Below are positions 56,064 through 64,000 of a stretch of DNA of 64,000 nt, in pieces; positions within the stretch are counted from its first letter, which is position 1; each line of letters starts with the position of its first letter. This stretch comes from an uncultured Acidobacteriota bacterium (GTDB lineage: Bacteria; Acidobacteriota; Thermoanaerobaculia; Multivoradales; UBA5704), in NCBI GenBank assembly GCA_963700145.1, contig OY969474.1:2272001-2336000 (forward strand), read 5' to 3'. The notes beneath the pieces were generated by a model. It was not told the DNA's origin and ran no database searches. It saw only the letters and a list, made by a program, of their open reading frames with translations. The translations under genes were made by a program, and so were the position numbers.

Positions 56064-58207
56064 CCGCCCTTCTTGAGCAGGCTCCTGCCGTCGAGCTTGG
56101 CGGTGGGCTTGACGCCGTAGAGGTCGAGGAGGGTGGGCATGACGTCGCCCATGTACGCCTCTCGGGTGTCGAGGGGGACGCTGCTGAAGAGGATGCCTTC
56201 GACGAGCGGCGGGTAGACCGAGCAGTGGTCGCCGCTCCAGATCTCGGTGTTGTCCTCGACGACCTCCTTGGCGATGCCGCCCAGGGTGTCCTGCCAGCCG
56301 ACCCGGTAGCCGTCGTTGTTCGAGGGGATCAGGTCTGGGATCAGCTCCGGGTCGTAGACGCCGTAGGCCTCGTCGCGGGTGAAGACGTGCGCCACCGGCT
56401 TTTCGCCGGTGGCCGCGTCGACGTACGCCTCGAGCCCGGCCTTGATCGCCGCCGCCACCTGCTTGTACTCCGCGCCGGGCTTGACGATCCCCTGCGCCTC
56501 GCGCCCCGCCAGGTTGACGTAGATCTGCCCGAGCCCCAGCGCGTAGGCCTTGGTCTTCGACCAGTCGACGTTGACGAAGAAGTCGCCCTGGTCGAAGAGG
56601 TCCTCGAGGTTCTTGCGCTCGGCGTCCTCGCCGGTCAGGGTCATGAAGCCGTTCTTCGCCAGCCAGGTGTTGTAGTTCATGCTGCGGCGGAACGAAGCGA
56701 AGCCGTGGTCGGAGAGGACCATCAGGCGCGTCCCTTGCGGCATGCGCTTCATCACCTCGCCGACGATCGCGTCCATTTGCTGGTATGCGGCGAGGATCGA
56801 GCCCCCCCACTTGGCCGCCCCCTCCGGCGTGTAAAGCGGGTGCTTGGGATCGAAGAAGCGGAACATCATGTGCTGGACGCGGTCGGTGAACTCGAAGTAA
56901 TCGACCAGCACGTCCCAGTCGTCGTCCTCGAGCAGGCCGAAAAGCATCTCCTTGTCCTTCGCCACCGTCTGCGCCACGTCCTCCAGGAAGAGCTTCTCGT
57001 CCGCGGTGCCGTTCGAGAGCGACCAGGTGTCGATCGTCCACCCCTTCGTCTTGAAGAGGCCGAAGCGGTCCGTCAGCTCGTCCACCCACTTCCCCGGGAA
57101 GGTGATGTCGAGCCCGGGCGGCAGGTTCTCCGGATCGAACTCGATGGGCGAAAGGTACAGCCGCACCTCGGGGTCGAGCGACAAGAGGCGGAACTTGCCG
57201 ATCCCGTGCGCCTTGATGACCGGGTTGAAGGGGAAGGTGAAGCGCACCCAGTCGCTCCACTCGCCGGGCTTCAGGGCGAGCTCGGTGCCGGAGACCGCGA
57301 TCTCGAGGCGCGAGCGGTCCTCGGGCACCGTCAGGGTCATCGGGATGACGACGTAGTCACTCTGGTCGGGGAAGAGCTCGTTCGGCGGCCCCTTGATCTC
57401 GGTCTCGATGACGCCGCGGTTGTCCACCAGCTCCACCACCTCGACCGAGAAGTCGCCGCCCCCCTTGGGGGTGAAGAAGAGCTCGGAGGTGAAGTAGAAG
57501 GGCTTGCCGATCCGCCCCGACATGTCGGGCGTGCCGAGGCCGGTCAGCAGCTCGCCGTGCTCGTAGGGCTTGGGCGGGAAGGTCACCGGCATGCGCAGCA
57601 CGCGCACCCGCGTGCCCCCCTTGCCGAGAAGCTCCCAGAAGGTCTCCCCCTGCCGGCGATTGATCGCCAGCGGCCGCTCCTTGGGCAGGTAGCGCGCCGC
57701 GGCGACGCCGGCGCCGACGCCGGCGGCGACGGCGACGACCGCGACGACGATGGCGGCCAGGCGCGTCCGCACGCGGAAGAGCTTGAGGACCAGGAAGAGG
57801 AGGAGCGCGAGCGCCAGCGCCAGCAGCGGGCCGAGGAGCCAGGGCGTCTTCTCACCCCAGAGGAAGGGCGCCTTCCCCTCGTCGTACATGGCGAAGCTCG
57901 GCTTGTAGGTCGCGGTGTCGCGCTTCAGGAAGTCGAAGATGGCGTGCCGGCCGGGGTTGAGGCCCGTCGCGAAGGTGGACCAGGAGACCGGCGTCTGCGA
58001 CGGGATCGTCGAGCGCAGCGGGCTGAAGCTCCCCTGATCGCGCAGCTGGGCGAGGTGCGGCAGCTTCCCTTCGGCCATCCACTGGCGGGTGAGGTCGGCG
58101 TCGACGCCGTCGAAGCCGAGGACGATGGTCTTCGGTGGATCGGCGGCGAGGGCCGGGACGGCCATCAGGAGCAGAGCTGCAAGCGGGAGAGAGTGTCGTC
58201 TGAGCAT
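56060..58207 (-). CDS. Alkaline phosphatase superfamily (NPP-type) protein
   Basis: GFDG, SQTPVSWSTFATG.NPG.H, DRVQH, SDHGF, SGDH. Confidence 0.88.
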   Translation of the reverse strand: MLRRHSLPLAALLLMAVPALAADPPKTIVLGFDGVDADLTRQWMAEGKLPHLAQLRDQGSFSPLRSTIPSQTPVSWSTFATGLNPGRHAIFDFLKRDTATYKPSFAMYDEGKAPFLWGEKTPWLLGPLLALALALLLFLVLKLFRVRTRLAAIVVAVVAVAAGVGAGVAAARYLPKERPLAINRRQGETFWELLGKGGTRVRVLRMPVTFPPKPYEHGELLTGLGTPDMSGRIGKPFYFTSELFFTPKGGGDFSVEVVELVDNRGVIETEIKGPPNELFPDQSDYVVIPMTLTVPEDRSRLEIAVSGTELALKPGEWSDWVRFTFPFNPVIKAHGIGKFRLLSLDPEVRLYLSPIEFDPENLPPGLDITFPGKWVDELTDRFGLFKTKGWTIDTWSLSNGTADEKLFLEDVAQTVAKDKEMLFGLLEDDDWDVLVDYFEFTDRVQHMMFRFFDPKHPLYTPEGAAKWGGSILAAYQQMDAIVGEVMKRMPQGTRLMVLSDHGFASFRRSMNYNTWLAKNGFMTLTGEDAERKNLEDLFDQGDFFVNVDWSKTKAYALGLGQIYVNLAGREAQGIVKPGAEYKQVAAAIKAGLEAYVDAATGEKPVAHVFTRDEAYGVYDPELIPDLIPSNNDGYRVGWQDTLGGIAKEVVEDNTEIWSGDHCSVYPPLVEGILFSSVPLDTREAYMGDVMPTLLDLYGVKPTAKLDGRSLLKKGG

Positions 58208-58233
58208 CGGTCGCGGAGTATACCGACGCGCTA

Positions 58234-58395
58234 TGTCATCCTGAGCGCAGCGAACCCGCCATCCAGATCAGTTGCCGGCTCCGGCCGGCAGCCTTGCGGG
58301 TAGCGGAGCCCATAATGGGCTCCGCAAGGATCTGGGCGGGGGCCGTTTGGAAGGCCGCCCGCCCACCAGATCCCTCGCTCACGCTCGGGATGACA
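58234..58395. repeat. Complete GTCATCCTGAGC...GGATGACA palindromic element with nested hairpins
   Basis: Inverted arms at both ends; internal GTAGCGGAGCCC-ATAAT-GGGCTCCGC hairpin. Confidence 0.75.
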
Positions 58396-59937
58396 GCGAA
58401 CCGCTTCTTCCTTCTCGCCGGCACTGTCGCCTGCCTCGCCTGCGCCCGCGAGCGCGGAACGCTGGTGCCGGCCACCGACGAGCTCGTGGTGGCGCTGGAG
58501 TCGGCGCCCGTTAGCCTCGACCCGCGGGTCGCCACCGACCAGTCGTCGGCGCGCGTCTTCGCGGCCCTGCTCAACGGCCTCGCCACCAAGGACGAACGCG
58601 GTAACCCCTTGCCCGACCTCGCCACCTGGGAGGTGCTCGACGGCGGGCGGCGCTACCGCTTCCATCTGCGGCCCGGGGTCCGCTTCCACGACGGCCGGCG
58701 CCTCACCTCGGCCGACGTCGTCTGGACCTTCCGCACCATGCTCGACGGCACCATCGTCACCTCGAAGCGCGGCGCCTTCCCGCAGGTCCAGAGGGTCGAG
58801 GCGGCGGGACCGGCGGCGGTCGACTTCCACCTCTCCGAGCCCTTCGGGGCCTTTCCGCTCGAGCTGACGACGTCGATGGGCATCGTGCCGGCGGGCACGA
58901 CGCCGGAGGCGATGAACCGGCGGCCCATCGGCACGGGCCCCTTCCGCGTCGTCGCGCGCACCCCCGAGCGCGTCGTGCTGGAGCGCTTCGACGGCCACTT
59001 CGCCGGACCGCCGAAGCTCGACCGGATCGTCTTCAAGGTCGTGCCCGACGCCACGGTGCGGGCGCTCGAGCTGCTCAAGGGCTCGGTGCAGCTCGTGGTC
59101 AACGACCTGCCGCCGGACTTGGTGCCACGCTTCCGCGCCGACCGGCGCTACCGGGTGATCGAGGGCCCGGGGGCGACTTACTCCTACCTCGGCATCAACC
59201 TCGTGGACCCCCTGCTGCGCGACGTGCGGGTGCGGCGGGCGCTGGCGCTGGCGATCGACCGCGAGCGGCTGGTCGATTCGCTCTGGCGCGGGCTCGGCCG
59301 GGTCACCGAGACAATGATCCCGCACGCGCACTGGGCGCACCACGAAGGCCTGCCGCAGGTGCCCCACGACCCCGCGGCCGCCCGGCGCCTGCTCGACGCC
59401 GCCGGATATCCCGATCCCGACGGCCCGGCGCCGCGCTTCACGCTCACCTACAAGACCTCGACCAACGAGCCCTACATCCTCCAGGGGCAGGCGATCCAGG
59501 CGATGCTGGCGGAGGTGGGGATCGACCTGCGCGTGCGCTCCTACGAGTTCGCCACCTTCTACGAGGACGTGCGCAAGGGGAACTTCCAGATCTTCGCGCT
59601 GCTCCGCCTCGGCGTCCTCGACCCGCACGTCTACCGCCTCGTCCTCCACTCCGCGAGCCTCCCCCCCGCCGGCCAGAACCGCGGCCGCTACATCAACGCC
59701 CGCTTCGACCAGCTCATCGACCAGGGCGCCCGCCTCACCGCCCCAGCGGAGCGTCGCCCCTACTACCTCGCCGCCCAGGAGATCCTCGCCCGCGACCTCC
59801 CCTACATCAGCCTCTACATCCGCACCAACGTCGCCGTCATGCCCGCCGAGCTGAAGGGCTACCGGACGTACCTCAACGGGGAGCTGCTGAGCCTGAAGGA
59901 CGTATGGTGGGAGCGGCCCGGGCCGCGTCCTCTATAG
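58390..59937 (+). CDS. Peptide/nickel ABC substrate-binding protein (family 5), lipoprotein
   Basis: LACA lipobox-like, LRPGVRFHDG, IGTGPF, VRRALALAIDR. Confidence 0.9.
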   Translation: MTANRFFLLAGTVACLACARERGTLVPATDELVVALESAPVSLDPRVATDQSSARVFAALLNGLATKDERGNPLPDLATWEVLDGGRRYRFHLRPGVRFHDGRRLTSADVVWTFRTMLDGTIVTSKRGAFPQVQRVEAAGPAAVDFHLSEPFGAFPLELTTSMGIVPAGTTPEAMNRRPIGTGPFRVVARTPERVVLERFDGHFAGPPKLDRIVFKVVPDATVRALELLKGSVQLVVNDLPPDLVPRFRADRRYRVIEGPGATYSYLGINLVDPLLRDVRVRRALALAIDRERLVDSLWRGLGRVTETMIPHAHWAHHEGLPQVPHDPAAARRLLDAAGYPDPDGPAPRFTLTYKTSTNEPYILQGQAIQAMLAEVGIDLRVRSYEFATFYEDVRKGNFQIFALLRLGVLDPHVYRLVLHSASLPPAGQNRGRYINARFDQLIDQGARLTAPAERRPYYLAAQEILARDLPYISLYIRTNVAVMPAELKGYRTYLNGELLSLKDVWWERPGPRPL

Positions 59938-61749
59938 ATAACCGAGCGAGCGGAGGCCTTCCAGGTACTCCTCGCCCTGGCGGGCCGTGGCGCCGCGGTC
60001 GCCTGGGGTGCCGTAAGTCGCAACGCGGGCGGGGGGCGGCTCCCAAGAACAGGCAGGTGGGGGGGCGGGGAGCTCGTCGCTCTGCGGCAGGCCGAGGGCG
60101 CGGAGGAGGGCCGAAGCCGTGGCCTCGGGCGAAGCCGTCGCGCGCACCGCGCCGGTCGCCCGGCAACCGCGAAGGCGCCAGAGGAGGATCCGTCCCTCGC
60201 CGTCGAGGCGACGCCTACCGGGATCGACGACGATGGCCACCGTCCCGACGCTTTCTTCACCCGCCCCAAGCGCCGCGGCGAGGAGCGCGTCCGTCTCGCG
60301 CAGCTCGCGCCGCACGAGGTCGGCGAGCGCCACCCCCCCGCCCCGCCAGTTGTCCGCCGCGATGTCGAGGCCGGGGAGGTAGAGCGCCGCGGCGCGCGGG
60401 CGCTCGGCGAGGAGCGCGGCGAAGGTCCGCCGATAGAAGCGGTCCGGGAGGAGCGCCCGGTCGAGCACCGCGGCGGCGGTGTCGCGCGACAGCGCGGCGG
60501 CGAGGAGACGGCGCTCCTCCGGCGCGGCGCCGGCGGCGAGGAGGGGCCGCAGGCGCGCCGCCGCCGCGGGAGGCGACACAGCGCCGGGCACCCCTTGCCG
60601 CAGCAGGTGGTAGGCGCCGTGCGCGACGACCACGCCCGGGAGCTTCGCCGCCGGGTACGTCCCCCACCAGTCCACCGCCGCGACCGGTGCGCCGCCGCGC
60701 GAGGCCAGCTCCCAGACGGTGAAGGCGCGCCGGCGGTTGGCGAGCACGGCGCGGTGGCGGGCGAGCCCGAGCGGCACCGCGACGCCGCTCCAGTAGGCGC
60801 GCAGCGGGCCGCTGCGGGCGAGCGGCGTGCGCGTGCCGAGCGGCTGGAAGCTGTCGAGGGCCGAGACGCCGTGCTCGGGGCTCGGCAGCCCGGTGGCGAC
60901 CGAGGTCCAGAAGGCGGCCGGCACCTCCGGCGGCCGCGCGTAGCGGAGCACCGCGCCCTCCCGCGCCAGCCGCTCGAGCGCCGGCAGGTCGCCGCGCGCC
61001 AAGAGGTAGTCGAGCTCTTCCGCCAGCACACCGTCGATGCCGAGGAGGAGGACGCGCTCCCCCGGCGCCGTCGGCAGCGCGCCCGGCCGCGTCTCCCCCG
61101 CGCCGCGCGCCGCGAGAAGCGCGGGCAGGAGGAGCAATCCGGCCGCGGCGAGCACCGCCAGCCCGAGCCGCCGCCCCGAGACCAGCCGGCTGCGCGGCGG
61201 CGCGTCGGTGAGCTGGATGGCGAGGGTCAGCAGGCCGTAGTGGACCAGCCGCACCAGGAGGTAGAGGGCCGCCGCCGCGCCGAGGACGAAGAGGGCGAGG
61301 TGCCAGGCCGGGCCGCCGGCCAGGAACTCCCCCGCCCAGCGCGCGGCGAGCGCCAGCGCCGCCACTCCCGCGGCCGCCGCCGCGGCGAAGGAGAGCGCCT
61401 CGATCCGCCGCACGTGGGTGAGGCGGAGGAGGAGCACGAGGAGCGCGCAGAGGGCGAGGAAGGCGACCGCCACCGCGAAGCCGATCGGCGGCAGCAGGTG
61501 GAGGAAGAGCGGCAGGAGGTCGGCGGCGGGGGCGTTGTTGGCCGCCGCCAGCGCCACCGCGAGCGGCGCGGCGAGCGCCAGCCCGGCGCCGAGACCGACC
61601 TTGGCGGTCAGCCGCAGCAGGTCGAGCCCGGGGCGGCGGGGGCGGAGGGCGTCCTGAAGGAGGAAGCGCTCGAAGCCGTGCGACAGATAGCCGAGGCGCT
61701 TGAGCTCCGAGCGCACGCGCTCGAGGTCGTGGGGCTCAGGCGGAGGCAC
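59932..61749 (-). CDS. Membrane protein with alkaline phosphatase-like domain
   Basis: GIDG, WTSVATG..HG, C-terminal LRSLGYL. Confidence 0.8.
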   Translation of the reverse strand: MPPPEPHDLERVRSELKRLGYLSHGFERFLLQDALRPRRPGLDLLRLTAKVGLGAGLALAAPLAVALAAANNAPAADLLPLFLHLLPPIGFAVAVAFLALCALLVLLLRLTHVRRIEALSFAAAAAAGVAALALAARWAGEFLAGGPAWHLALFVLGAAAALYLLVRLVHYGLLTLAIQLTDAPPRSRLVSGRRLGLAVLAAAGLLLLPALLAARGAGETRPGALPTAPGERVLLLGIDGVLAEELDYLLARGDLPALERLAREGAVLRYARPPEVPAAFWTSVATGLPSPEHGVSALDSFQPLGTRTPLARSGPLRAYWSGVAVPLGLARHRAVLANRRRAFTVWELASRGGAPVAAVDWWGTYPAAKLPGVVVAHGAYHLLRQGVPGAVSPPAAAARLRPLLAAGAAPEERRLLAAALSRDTAAAVLDRALLPDRFYRRTFAALLAERPRAAALYLPGLDIAADNWRGGGVALADLVRRELRETDALLAAALGAGEESVGTVAIVVDPGRRRLDGEGRILLWRLRGCRATGAVRATASPEATASALLRALGLPQSDELPAPPPACSWEPPPARVATYGTPGDRGATARQGEEYLEGLRSLGYL

Positions 61750-61758
61750 CCGGGCAGT

Positions 61759-62645
61759 CTAATGCCCGCGCGTCTGGACGAAGGCCGCCAGCTCGCGCAG
61801 CGGGTCGGCCTTGCGCCCGAGCGGCTCGAGCGAGGCGGCGGCGAAGCCGAGGAGCTCGTCGGCCAGGGTCTGCGCGCCCTCGACGCCGAGGAGCTTGACG
61901 AACGTGACCTTCGCGGCGTCCTGGCCGGCGTCCTTGCCGGTCTCCTCCGGCGTCGCGAGGACGTCGAGGAGGTCGTCCGAGATCTGGAAGGCGAGCCCCA
62001 GGTTCTTGGCGTAGCGCGCCACGACCTCGAGGTCCTTCCGCCGCGCGTCGGCGGCCATCGCCCCCAGCTCGGCGGCGGCCATGAAGAGCGCGCCGGTCTT
62101 GTGGCTGTGGATGTACTCCAGGCGGTCGAGGTCCAGCTCTTCCGGGCGCGACAGCAGGTCGAGCGCCTGGCCGCCGATCAGGCCGTGGCTGCCGATCGCC
62201 GCCGCCAGGTGGTGGATCATGTCCTCGCTGGTGTAGCGGGCGAGCGCCAGCCGCTGCGCGCTCTCGGCGGCGAGGGCGTAGGCGCGGTTCAAGAGCGCCA
62301 GGGCGGCGAGGATCGCCACCGCCTCGCCGAAGACGCGGTGGGTCGTCGGCCGGCCGCGGCGTAGGCCGGCGTCGTCCATCGACGGCAGGTCGTCGAGCAC
62401 CAGCGAGCAGGCGTGGACCATCTCGACGGCGCAGGCGAGGTCGAGGACGGGGGGGAGCTGCGGCCGAAGATCTCGGCCACCGCCAGGGTGAGCACCGGGC
62501 GAACGCGCTTGCCGCGGCCGGTCAGCGCGTACTCCATCGCCCGGTGCACCTCCTCCGGGCGCTCGGCGGCGGCCGGGAGGAGCGCCGGCAGGCGGGCCTC
62601 GACCCGCGTGCCGAGCGCCGCCAGCCGCCCGCCGAGGCCGCGCAC
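61759..62645 (-). pseudogene. ispA: Polyprenyl (FPP/GGPP) synthase, frameshifted at a G7 run (62449-62455)
   Basis: GKRVRP in one frame; EMVH..SLVLDDLP.MD, GQ.LD, KT, FQI.DD in another. Confidence 0.8.
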
Positions 62646-62658
62646 GCTGGCCGGGGCC

Positions 62659-62997
62659 CTAGGCGAAGGAGCGCACCGCCTCGTCCACGGTGTCGTAGAC
62701 GTCGAAGACGGTGATGAGCTGGGTGATCGTCAGCACGTCGTTGACCTTCTCCGGGATGCGGGCGAGCTTGAGCTTGGCGCCGCGGTTGGTGGCGGTGGTG
62801 TAAGCGCTCACCAGCTCGCCGACCCCGGAGGAGTCGATCGTGGTGACGTTGGCGAGGTCGATGACGAGGTTGGTGGCGCCGCTGTTGAGGGCGCTCTGCA
62901 CCCCCTCCCGCAACGCCAGATCCCCGGCACCGATGGTGATCTTGCCGGCGACCTCGAGAATGGTGACGTTCCCCTCCTGCCTGGTGTTGATCTTCAT
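62659..62997 (-). CDS. Anti-sigma factor antagonist (STAS)
   Basis: IDSSGVGELV phosphoacceptor motif. Confidence 0.93.
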   Translation of the reverse strand: MKINTRQEGNVTILEVAGKITIGAGDLALREGVQSALNSGATNLVIDLANVTTIDSSGVGELVSAYTTATNRGAKLKLARIPEKVNDVLTITQLITVFDVYDTVDEAVRSFA

Positions 62998-63464
62998 TGT
63001 CCCTCCTGTGGGATGCCGAGCGCCTCCGCCGGCCGGCCGGCCACCCGCTTGCGCAGGGTGACTTCGGTGCCGCCGGTCGGTCCGGGGGCGTAGTCGATCG
63101 CGTCCATGAAGCTCTTCATGTAGAAGATGCCGCGGCCGGTGGGCCGCAGCAGGTTTTCGGGAGCGAGAGGGCTGTCGAGATGGTCGGAATCGAACCCTTC
63201 CCCCTCGTCGCGCACGTGCACCACCAGCTCCTGCCCCTCAACACCCCAATCCACCTCCACTTGCTTCTCGGGGTCCTGCCGGTTGCCGTGCTTGATGGCG
63301 TTGGCCACCGCCTCGCGCACCGCCAGCCCCACCCAGTGGCGCGTGTCGCCGTCAACCCCCATCCCCTCCAGCGCGTCCTCGAGCACCACCTGCACGAGCT
63401 CGATGTTCTCGAACCGGCTGCCGATCGCGAGGTGGACGCGGGGCTCGTCGGACTCGTCGGGCAC
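62994..63464 (-). CDS. Anti-sigma factor / Ser kinase, RsbW-like
   Basis: EAVANAIKHGN, D.G.GF, GRGIF; start GTG 63464 or ATG 63494. Confidence 0.92.
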   Translation of the reverse strand: MPDESDEPRVHLAIGSRFENIELVQVVLEDALEGMGVDGDTRHWVGLAVREAVANAIKHGNRQDPEKQVEVDWGVEGQELVVHVRDEGEGFDSDHLDSPLAPENLLRPTGRGIFYMKSFMDAIDYAPGPTGGTEVTLRKRVAGRPAEALGIPQEGQ

Positions 63465-63509
63465 GGGGGAGCGACCTCGCGCGGAGTCTAGCATCGGGGG
63501 AAAGGCACT

Positions 63510-64000
63510 CTACTTCGCTTGCCGGCCCAGGAGCTCGAGCGCCGCGGGGACGATGACCAGGAGTTGCACGGCGTCGAACAGGGCGTGGGCGGCGATCGCC
63601 GCCCAGACGCTCTGCCGCCAGCGCACCAGGGCGCCGTAGAGGACCGACAGGAAGGTCACCCCGACGAGCAGGAAGGGCTGGCCATAGGAGGCGTGGGCGA
63701 GGGCGAAGAAGAGGGTCGAGAGGAGGAGCCCGGCGCGCGGCTGCAGGAAGCCGCGGAAGAAGGTCTCCTCGACGGCGCCCGCCGAGAGGCTCACCAAGAG
63801 GCGCACGCCCCAGGGCAGCGCCGCAATCCACGGGACCAGCGCCGGCGGCGACTTGGGGAGCGCGTCCTCGCCGCCGAAGGCGAGGACGACGAGCGCGACC
63901 GCCATCAGCACCATCAGCGCCAGCGACCAGATGGCGAGGCCCAGGACCAGCCCCAGCCCGATCTCGCGCGCCGGCCGCGGCGCGAGCAGCCCGAACTGCG
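63510..64000 (-). CDS. CPBP family intramembrane metalloprotease (5' partial)
   Basis: EETFFRG, FALAH, AHALFD. Confidence 0.9.
   Translation of the reverse strand, partial: QFGLLAPRPAREIGLGLVLGLAIWSLALMVLMAVALVVLAFGGEDALPKSPPALVPWIAALPWGVRLLVSLSAGAVEETFFRGFLQPRAGLLLSTLFFALAHASYGQPFLLVGVTFLSVLYGALVRWRQSVWAAIAAHALFDAVQLLVIVPAALELLGRQAK

Overview
Very high-GC bacterial chromosomal window. Gene content (DUF1844, DUF4388, DUF5916, HspR, YfhO-like) suggests Acidobacteriota, e.g. Thermoanaerobaculia; this is inference only. Most of it is housekeeping and envelope genes: carA, aroF, deoC, dnaK-hsp20-hspR, mazG, tesA/ybbAP, meaB/mce, the envC-ctpA-like-yibQ-like block, a prenyl synthase and an anti-sigma pair. 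Four items stand out. (1) A lower-GC islet (~26.5-29.8 kb): a Xer-like tyrosine recombinase is followed by two convergent cargo genes enclosed by a perfect 22-bp inverted repeat with dif-like architecture (GATAA-N7-TTATC), a candidate invertible switch or dif-like cassette with its own recombinase. (2) A NitT/TauT-type ABC substrate-binding gene has an in-frame TGA in PVT*HLTCPV, a candidate selenoprotein the ORF track misses. (3) A coupled Asn-synthetase-like / RaSEA-like radical SAM / flavin halogenase trio. (4) Several non-coding repeat families: a ~161-bp structured element with fully covarying outer stems, three 21-bp-period palindromic arrays, GTAG-type REPs and GTCATCCTGAGC-type palindromes. 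No rRNA, tRNA or CRISPR array was recognised. All calls come from reading motifs by eye; no database search was run.
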